DNA of 64,000 nucleotides from Eledone cirrhosa (lineage: Eukaryota): the NCBI GenBank assembly GCA_964016885.1, contig OZ024744.1:32736001-32800000 (forward strand), read 5' to 3'. The position numbers and the translations under genes are program-made. Positions within the stretch are counted from its first letter, which is position 1, and each line of letters starts with the position of its first letter. The notes under the pieces are model-generated. The model did not search any database, was not told where the DNA came from, and was given only the letters and a program-made list of their open reading frames with translations. This document shows positions 55,084 through 64,000 of the stretch, piece by piece.

Positions 55084-55350
55084 TCTTAACTATATATATT
55101 TTTTATTTATTTATTTATTTATATTTCTGTTCCAGCCGAGAGGCTGAGACCATGCTGGGACACTGCCACCAATGCTCTACTTTCTATAGCCTGCTTTCTC
55201 TGGTTGGCCATTGGGAGTTTGTGGCTGCTACTCTTATTTGTGCTTCAACTCGTACTGTGGGGGTTAACCGGGATCTTGGAATACTCATCGACCAAACAGA
55301 CACGCACTCGCGCGCGCACACAAACACACACACACCCGCGCGCACACACA

Positions 55351-55427
<77 letters not shown>

Positions 55428-55494
55428 ACACACACATACATTAACAAACACCCACACCCACACACCCACATACACACACATATATATACATGTA

Positions 55495-55998
55495 AAGTCC
55501 TCAACCGCCGCACCAAGATACTCAGCATATATACACCCTGCTCCAATAAGGCCGTCTGCGCTGGCTAAGTCACTTACATCAAATGCCGGATGAGTGAATC
55601 TCTACTGTATGGGGAACTGGTCAACAGTACAAGAGCAGGAGCACGACCTCAACTTCGTTTCAAAGATGTATGCAGGAGAGATATGAAGTTAATTGATGGA
55701 CATCCAGAGATGGGAAGTGGGTGCTCATAATCGCTAACACTGAAGACGAGTATTACGCAATGGGACGGAGCGAGGGGAAAAGAAACTGAAACTAGCCACT
55801 GAGGAAACGCGCGCGCGAAGGAAGGATAACACAGTAGTAGCCCTGGAGGAGCGCATCTTCGAATGCAGTCGTTGCATACAAGACTACCACACCAGTGTGT
55901 GACTGTACAGCCACGGTCGAGGCTGCACCGCCATCAGCAGCTGGGACAAAATTCTCCAAGCGCAGATCCATGGTCTTTCGAGCCCAACGGATGCCATT
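55495..55998 (+). mobile_element. Degenerate RTE LINE 3' end
   Basis: [16 protein letters not shown]...R..ARPQLRFKDVC.RDMK, terminal C..C...LYSH zinc-finger remnant. Confidence 0.7.
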
Positions 55999-56018
55999 AT
56001 TATATACAGCATAAGGGC

Positions 56019-56208
56019 GGTGGATTGTCAGTATCGGTGGAGGGTCGGACGCCATGCTTTGAAGCATAGAGTTACCTCCCTTTATCATCTGAGTTCAAAT
56101 CCCGCATAGGTTAACTTTGCCTTTCATCCTTACGAGGTCGATAAAATAAAGTACCAGTAATACACTGTGGCAATTGGTGGCCGTGTGCCAAAAGTAGAAG
56201 CAATGATT
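56019..56208 (+). mobile_element. tRNA-derived SINE
   Basis: Homolog of 46527-46715. Confidence 0.85.
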
Positions 56209-56777
56209 ATATACAATATACTTTGACATGTGTATTTCCACATTTGCAATGCTAACTGTCAGGTGAGTTTCAGTTAGTGTGTTGCATATTACTTGATTGT
56301 TTGTGGCTAGGTCTCTTAGGTAAGGGATCTTACACGTCGGTCAGTTTTACCAGGCCTCTGACATTTAGTAGTAGCACTGGTGTGACATTCAGGGTATCAG
56401 TGGTGGCTGCTGATATGGCATGTGCATGGGTATCATTGGTGGTCACCCTGGGTCTTTTATTTGTGATAATCGTGAGTGTTGATGTGATTGACTTTGGCTT
56501 TGTATTTGATTAAGCCAAGTATGCTGTCTCACAATGTATATATAATTATTAAGGCCAGTTACTACAATGGCACTATACCGGCTGCCTACGTTTCGTTAGT
56601 CCTGAACCGGAAGGTGTTTACTCAAAAGGGCTTTAATAATTATATTCTAACTCATTCGGCGGCGGCAAGAGCTAAGCTATCGAGCCCCGAATTATTCTTA
56701 TGTAGTTACACTCTACTGACCCAAGTATCGAGTACTCTGTTGAATAATGGTCTAACTAGTGTAATACTGTTTTAACC

Positions 56778-56841
<64 letters not shown>

Positions 56842-56848
<7 letters not shown>

Positions 56849-57192
56849 AAAAAGAGATGAAATCGAAAATGCAACTGAAGTCTTATTTTTTTTTTAAATA
56901 TATATATTTATTTGGTTCCTTTACCGGTTTCGCAGTTCTTCTGCTTTTCAAAAGGTGAGTTGAGATGGAGGGTCTGAGATGTGAGAAAAACCACAGACCC
57001 TCCATCTCAACTCACCTTTTGAAAAGCAGAAGAACTGCGAAACCGGTAAAGGAACCAAATAAATATATATATTTTAAAAAAAAATAAGACTTCAGTTGCA
57101 TTTTCGATTTCATCTCTTTTTCTTTATACTTTCACTCGTGTAGGACACCTCGGTTATTTTTCATTTTGTAAAAAAAAACTCACTTTCTAATA
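56842..57192. repeat. Fold-back, ~135-bp arms, family of 9275-9486
   Basis: 56842-56976 is the reverse complement of ~56994-57128; one arm is extended. TA tracts on both sides. Confidence 0.9.
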
Positions 57193-57200
57193 TATATATA

Positions 57201-57527
57201 TATAATAACTAGAAATTGATTAGCATATAAATAAACATGAATAATCACAGGAGATAATTTTTACAAGTCTGTAACCACACACAGCTAGGTAGGTAACTAA
57301 ATAAAGTTGACCAGAACTTCAAAAATAGATACCTTATAATATGATTAATCATATTATAAGGTATCTATTTATGATATGATTAATCATATTATAAGGTATC
57401 TATTTTTGAAGTTCTGGTCAACTTTATTTAGTTACCTACCTAGCTATGTGTGGTTACACACTTGTAAAAATTATCTCCTGTAATTATTCATGTTTATTTA
57501 TATGTTAATCAATTTCTAGTTATTATA
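57201..57527. repeat. Fold-back, ~150-bp arms, with a 48-bp perfect palindrome at the centre
   Basis: AAATAGATACCTTATAATATGATTAATCATATTATAAGGTATCTATTT at 57323-57370; arms are reverse complements. Confidence 0.9.
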
Positions 57528-57651
57528 AAATGCTCGGACCTACTCGTTAGAATCTTAGAGCTTATTTTGCGGGTGATATGGCGCATGTCTTTCTGGCATG
57601 ACACCCATAATTTTGATTTAGATTAAATTCATTTGATTTATCTTAATTTTG

Positions 57652-57809
<158 letters not shown>

Positions 57810-58334
57810 TATATATATATGTATATTAGAAAATGTGAGGGTGTATATATATGCATTCATACACACGCAATCTGTGCGTCTAGATTCTATGAATGCACGT
57901 ATTTCTCTTGAGGCCTGCAACAGTGCTGAAGACTTTTTCAAAGATGAATTATGTCACAGACTTATTCTGTCCGAGAGTCTGTGGATCATCCACTGCATGC
58001 TTCTTCCAGTGGACTGTAAGGCCTGATTTGATCTGTGTGATAGCACCACAGAGACAAGTAAGGTTGCCATTTTGAGGAACAGCATGCTGCCAGCAAGCCT
58101 TGATATTTGCATGTAGTTGATCACAATGTTCAAGTCGGCCCCGTTCATACCTTTGAATAGATCAGAAGTAGCACTGGCACCAGCTCTTGTGTTCTGATAG
58201 TTCCTTCTCCCACGAAAATGATGGGATGTTGCATTGTTTCAAATTGTCCTTTTTTCTTTGAAGTGGTCTTCCAACTGGCCTGCCTGTCGGAAAGTGAGCA
58301 AAATGCAGCTGCTTCGGAAGTCGTCTATCCCACA

Positions 58335-58752
58335 CACCCTAGCTCTGACAACGTAGCCTTCATGCTTTACATTGAAGAATTGGCCAAGGGCTAATTTCGC
58401 CGCAAGTACGTTGGTCGCGATGCCTTTACTAAGCGCCTCGTCTAATTTTCTAACTATTTCTCCCTCTGCTCTATTTTTCTCTATTGCTAAAGCCTTACTA
58501 AACCTAATGGACTCTATTCTAATCGCTCTCTTCAGAGCAAACCACCACTTGTGGTTGACGATGGCCCCCGTCAACGCCCGCTTTACTAGTTCACTAATCC
58601 AGTCTCTGTAGGCCTTGCGCGCTCTTAATGAGGCGTTTAGCTTGCAGTAGCCGGGTCCCTCTTTATGAAGCCTATCTAAGTCAACCTTACAGATCAAGAA
58701 TTCGTGGTCCGTGTAGTCGACTATTTTTAAATGTGGACAGACTATGCTAGAC
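58335..58752 (-). mobile_element. Isolated Tx1 ORF2 fragment (APE end + linker)
   Basis: CPHLKIVDYTDHEFL...GPGYCKLNASL...VKHEGYVVRAR. Confidence 0.8.
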
Positions 58753-58909
58753 CTATCTATGATATTTTTTTTATTTTTTATAATCAATGTGCTGTATTAA
58801 CTGGCTTACCAATGCACACTCTGAATTTATTTGCCCTAGGTGTCAGGAAGACACTCGGCATATATCTCAGAAACAATAATGAAAGAAATAAAAATAAAAA
58901 TAATAATAC

Positions 58910-59100
58910 TAATAATTGTTTCTACTTTTGGCACAAGGACAGCAATTATCCCAGTGTATTACTGGTACTTTATTTTATCGACCCCGTAAGGATGAAAGGC
59001 AAAGTTAACCTCGGCGGGATTTGAACTCAGATCATAAAGGGCCGTAACTCTTTGCTGCAAAGCCTGGCGTCCAACCCTCTACCGATATTGCCTATCCACC
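58910..59100 (-). mobile_element. tRNA-derived SINE
   Basis: Reverse-complement homolog of 46527-46715. Confidence 0.87.
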
Positions 59101-59127
59101 CCCCTTATAACAATAATAATAATAATA

Positions 59128-62100
59128 ATGATTTCATTTATTAACCACAAGGGCCGACATATAGGGGACAATACGAAGACAGGGACAGTGTGTGTGGGGG
59201 GGGGAGGTCAAAATAAGGTCGAGTAAAGGTGCACAATCGCAAGACTAATTTAACAATGAAGATATAAAAATATAAAATAAACTAAGCATAAATATAACAA
59301 AATAAATTCCCCGATAGGGGGTTGACGTCCCAGGGGTGACTCAGGTACCCAACCAATTCTGAACTACCCTGCGCTTCTAGGGCACCCAGAGAGAGCACCC
59401 TCTCCTCAAGTTAGCTAGCCTATAGGCACATGGTGAGAGTAGGCCCATTCACACGAGCCATTCTCGCCACATTCATCCACCTTTTAGGAAATGTACTGGG
59501 GGGCAGCACTTCTCTCTCCACCCTCACCTTCCTTTCCAGGTGAAACTTGAAGAAGTTGATGAGGGATTGGCCGAAGAGAAAAGTGTCTGTCTTCAGTCCT
59601 TTCAACCTGGTCCACCATACAACCTCTTTCGCAACTGCCACCAGACAGAGGAAAATATCCTGCTCTTCCTGACCTAAGGAGGCGGCGGGTCGATCTTCAC
59701 TATGGACTCGGCCGATAGCCGGATCTGTTCTACACGCGACAGTAGCTGTTCGACATAACTCCACAAGTCAGTAATGCACGGACATTGGACAAGTGCGTGC
59801 AGAACGGTTTCGTCGTTCTGTGCGCATCTTGGGCAGGTCCGTCTGACAGCACTTCCGTGCCTGTAGAGTTTATCTCGAACGGCAGTGCCCCCCGGTAGCA
59901 CTGCCAAGCGAAGGATTTCTGGAAGTTGTCCATCGTCCCCGGCTCGAAAGTCCTCCGGTACAGACTGGTCAGTTCGACTTCGTCGAGGCCCAGAACCTCT
60001 CCGAGTGCTTCATCGCACTTTCCCACTACTAATCCTCTATAGAACTCGAGAGTGGAAGTTCCACTGATCACATTGACCACTTGGTAGAGGGCGTTGAGTG
60101 CCTGGCAACATTCCAGGTGCCAGCCACCCAGACCCGGTCTCTTCTTGATCCAGGACTGCAGCTCAGTCAAAGAAATGAGCTGCGGAAAGGCCCGTCTGAC
60201 AAACGGCGACCACACCTGTTCACCGTTTAGGCTGAATATCTGGAGATGTCACAGCCTCAGTGCATGTCTGCACATCATTAGCCACGGCATGTCCAGCCCT
60301 CCACGTAGAGGGTGCTAGCAGCAATTGGACCGCCTCAAGAAAGGAACTTGTCCTTTCCATAAGAATTTGAAGAGAAGCCGTTCCAACTTGACGAGGCGCC
60401 GACGGGGGCAAGGCAGGACAGTCAGGCGGTAGATAACGGACGCGATGTACACATTCACCACCTGCACGCGACGTTTCAGTGATAGCTTCCTCCCAGCCCA
60501 TTTTTGGGTGAGACTGGCTACTCTGCTCGTTACCTCGTCCCAATTATTTTCCACCTGGAGGTCTGGTCCGAAACAAACCCCGAGCAACTTTACCGGTCCG
60601 TCCGTCCAGCACCTCACGACGCTGTTGGACGGCATAGGCTTGCCTCTCCAGGTTCCGAGCTGCAAGCCCACCGACTTTTCCGGGTTAAGTTTGTCTCCTG
60701 TCAACCTTTCATATTCCTTCAATAAGGTGCCGACCACCTCGATTTCTGAGGTGTCCGACACCATCACGGTGATGTCTTCCGCATAAGCCGACACAGCCGT
60801 TCCACGTCCCGGTTCGAGCGGGATGCCCTGAAACAGATCCAGCTTCCGCAGTAAAGGCTCGAGACTCAATACGTACAGAAGGGAAGACAGAGGGCACCCT
60901 TGACGGACCGATCGGGAGAGCCGAAATGGTTCCGAGAGGTGGCTATTAACCTTGACCACCTAGCGTGTGCCACTGTGCATTGCAGCGATCCAGCTTCTGA
61001 AGACAGGGCCAAAGCCAGCTACTATGAGGGCAAACTCTAGATACCGATGGTCGACCCTATCGAATGCTTTCGATTGATCTAAATTGATCAGTGCCCCACC
61101 GAAGGCAGGTTTACACCCTACCCTCTCTATGAGGTATCGCATAGTGTGGAGATTGTCGTGTATGGACCTGGCTGGGATTGCGCAAGTTTGCGCCTCCCCA
61201 ACCAAATCCTCGACGACAAGCGCCAATCTCTTTGCTAACACCTTGGCCAAAATCTTAAACTCTGTATTGAGCAGATTTATGAGCCTGAAGTTTTCTAATG
61301 TATCCCTCTTGTTCTCGTCTTTCCTTATCAGCGTCACCACTCCCCTGCTTACAGAACTGGGAATACTCCCATTCTGCTGCCAGTTGCAGGGAGATCGGAG
61401 AACAAGTTTGGCATATTTACGTAAAGCTCGTAGGACAGGTCATCCAGACCGGGTGACATGCGCCACATGCAGCCGACAAGGGCGTCCTGAATTTCGGCAG
61501 AAATAATCGGCCTTTCGCCGCATTCAGCGTCGACCGTCGAGATGCGCGGCAAGCCGTCAAGGTAGGGACTGAAATCCGATACTCTCTCTGACTCGTCACT
61601 CTCCCCGAACAACCGATCAAAGTGCTGGCAAAAGGCCACACTCATCCACTTAGAATCGCTTATCTCGTGTCCGTCTAGGTCCGCCAAAGACCGAATTGTG
61701 GTTTTATTACCACGCGGAGCCTCCGCCACGCGGGCCCATGGATCAGCTTTTGTTCCGTCGTTTCTCAGCGCACGCGCCTTAGCTCTGACAATGCAACCTT
61801 CGTGTTTCGCATTGAAGAAATGGTCTAATGCCATTCTCGCCGCTAGCTCGTCAGTTGCAATGCCACTACAAATAGCCTCGTCTAACTTATCCACCGGCTC
61901 CTCCTCCTTTCTACTTTGCGGTTGGTCCACATCCACACTGGCGCATTGGGGAAATCTAGTCAGTACTTGTCAGACAGTTGCAACTGGCTGATTAGGTGTT
62001 TGAGGCTTTTGCACCCTCGCTCCTATCAACTACTCCAACATAATCCCAACGTGCGTCTAAGATGCCGTTCCACCACCCCGCTAGCAGTAGAGGGCGAGAC

Positions 62101-64000
62101 GTACCCAGAAAGGTTTCCAGGCGCCTAAAGAATTCCGGTCGTCCTGCCCAAGTAGGGGTGTAGACGGCCAGCAGTCTAAAGACACCATCTTCGCTACTAC
62201 TCATATCCAGGACCACCAACTTACCGTCCGGGTCCCGGAAGATCGACCTTACTTCGAAATCCAGACCTTTCCTAAACAGCACTGCAATCCCACCTCCCAT
62301 TCCCGGTCTGCTAACAGATACAAAGATCTGATAGTCGTCGAAAATGGGGGCTAGTGCGCGCGTGTCGGAAATCCTGGTCTCGCTGACGGCGATCACATCC
62401 TTTTTCAGAGACCTGAGGTCGTTGAGCAGGTGACCCTGCTTCCAGGGTGACCCCAGGCCGCGAACATTTAAACATCCTACTCTTAATATGGCCTTGTTGG
62501 CCTCCCGGTGTCTTGTGAAGGTCGGGTGGTTCAACCTCCATAGTTGGTGGCATTTCTTTTGGGAACACCTTTAAAAGTCTCGATGTGGGTTTCACGTTCG
62601 GGGTTCCCACGTCTTGAGGAAAGCTCTCTCGAATTTCTTTGTAGGAATCGAGCGGCATTCACACTAGAAACAAATCTTCTGGCACGCAAAATGTGTTCAA
62701 TTCAAAGATCTCCCCCTCTGTTTGGATGTCCTCGCTTCGAGCTAAGAGGGCCATCAATTCATCGTTGGCCCTTCTGACAAGCACGATGTTTTTAATGTTT
62801 TGTTGGTCTGGTTTCATTTGTTTTCGTTTTGGTGACTGTGGTGTTGATGGTTTTGGTGGTGTTGTTTCTGGTAAGTCTGTGTTTGTTGTAGGTGTGGTGT
62901 CTGCAATTTCAGGTGTATGTGTGTTTATTTCTTCTTGTGTTTGTTTAGGTTGTTTATGTTTCGGGGATTGTGTGGGTGGTGTTGATGTTGATGTTGATGT
63001 TATTGGGGAAGTGTTTGCGTTGGTGGTGTCTGTATTTTTTGTTGTGTATGCTTTTGTGCTTTGTTGGGGCTTTTTTTTTTTTGGTGAGTTTTCTCTTTTG
63101 TTTTTTGGCACTTTTGGGTTTTCCTTCATCTTCACTGCTGGAAGACAAAGGATCTGTGGCTGTGAGTGTATCTGTGTCTGTGTGTCCATTTACTGTTTTG
63201 TCTATGTGTATAATTGGAGGGGTAGGGGGAGTGGGAGAGCTTTCCTCGTTTTCCCCTTGGATTGGATTCGGTGCTGGTGGTGGTCCGACTGTTTTTGATG
63301 TTGGTGGGGTTACCGGTGTCATTGTTGGTGTTGTTTTTGGTGGTGGTGGTGCAGCTTTCCATGCTGACACTGGTGTTGGCAACAAAGGAGGTTTGCGAGC
63401 CCCTGCATTTTTGAGCTGAGGGCAGAAGTCTTGCAGATGCGTTGCTTCCCCGAAGACGAAGCAGTGCGGTCTTCTTCCATCAGTGATTAGTTGGATTGTT
63501 GTCCCGTCATGTAGGCGGGCACAATCCGGTATGTTGATATCCTCGGGTTTCATTTGGAGAAAAATCTCCAAATCCATTCCGGACCAGTCTTCTCTCTCTG
63601 TCCTTTTGATATCCAGGAAGGTAGTGTCTGTCCCCTCGTCGATTACGCATCCCAGGAGCCAGCATATTTTCACTCCTGGTGGGATCCTGGGAATGCGGAC
63701 CTTTACTGTCCTTTTGCCCATGTAGCACAGGTGCATGATAATGCGTTCGATTCTGCAGGGGCTTGCCGAGTGCTTAATAGCAAGGGCCTCGGTTTTGAAC
63801 AGTACTGAGATGGTACCGAACTGCTTGGCCCTTGTTTTATACTCGATGTCACTTCCGATGCACTTCAAAGCAACCTCGACTACTGCTTGGCTGGCAAGTT
63901 CCACTTTGCGTGTCTGCACTGAAATGCATCGAAAGTACACCTTTGCGTGGCCACTATTGCCCCGTCCGGGATGGTCAGGTTTTCCCAGGACTTCTCCCGT
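59128..64000 (-). mobile_element. Tx1 LINE (ATT-associated lineage), ORF1 + ORF2, disabled, continues past the window end
   Basis: ORF1 QFGTISVLF, YMGKRT, RRPHCFVFGEATHLQDFCP; APE VGCLNVRGL; RT LDQSKAFDRVDH, QGCPLS, YAED. Ends GGCCCTTGTGGTT-AATAAATGAAATC-(ATT)n. Confidence 0.93.

Noticed and set aside
57860-58330. Coding-like unique stretch
   Set aside because: No recognisable motif, and stops in all plausible frames; left uncalled.
58335-61915. The isolated Tx1 fragment roughly covers the segment deleted from the neighbouring element at ~61910
   Set aside because: The overlapping portion is clearly diverged from the neighbour, so it is probably a separate insertion.

Overview
Eukaryotic (animal) repeat-dense DNA with no recognisable host gene. 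The SINE and microsatellite landscape suggests a mollusc such as an octopus, but that is inference. Almost all long ORFs in the track are microsatellite artefacts or retroelement pieces. Real content: (1) Tx1/L1-clade LINEs. One lineage forms a head-to-tail array in which elements are separated by (ATCT)n (28.8-38.9 kb, plus a copy at 24.1 kb), and a sister lineage ends in or beside (ATT)n (43-46 kb, 59-64 kb). (2) Penelope-like elements (PLEs; RT + C-terminal GIY-YIG, CxC linker) in (TA)n tracts, including a near full-length copy at 47.5-54.3 kb. About eleven fold-backs, from about 70 bp to 6.8 kb, lie next to (TA)n; where orientation can be read, the element 3' ends face outward. (3) Nine minimal type I hammerhead ribozyme motifs. 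(4) RTE LINE remnants, two with twin-priming-type inversions, and an RTE-derived bipartite non-autonomous family tied to (ATGT)n. (5) tRNA-derived SINEs, two non-autonomous Helitrons, and complex tandem repeats. The overall pattern is a microsatellite-partitioned retroelement community. Coordinates were read by eye and may be off by a few bases.
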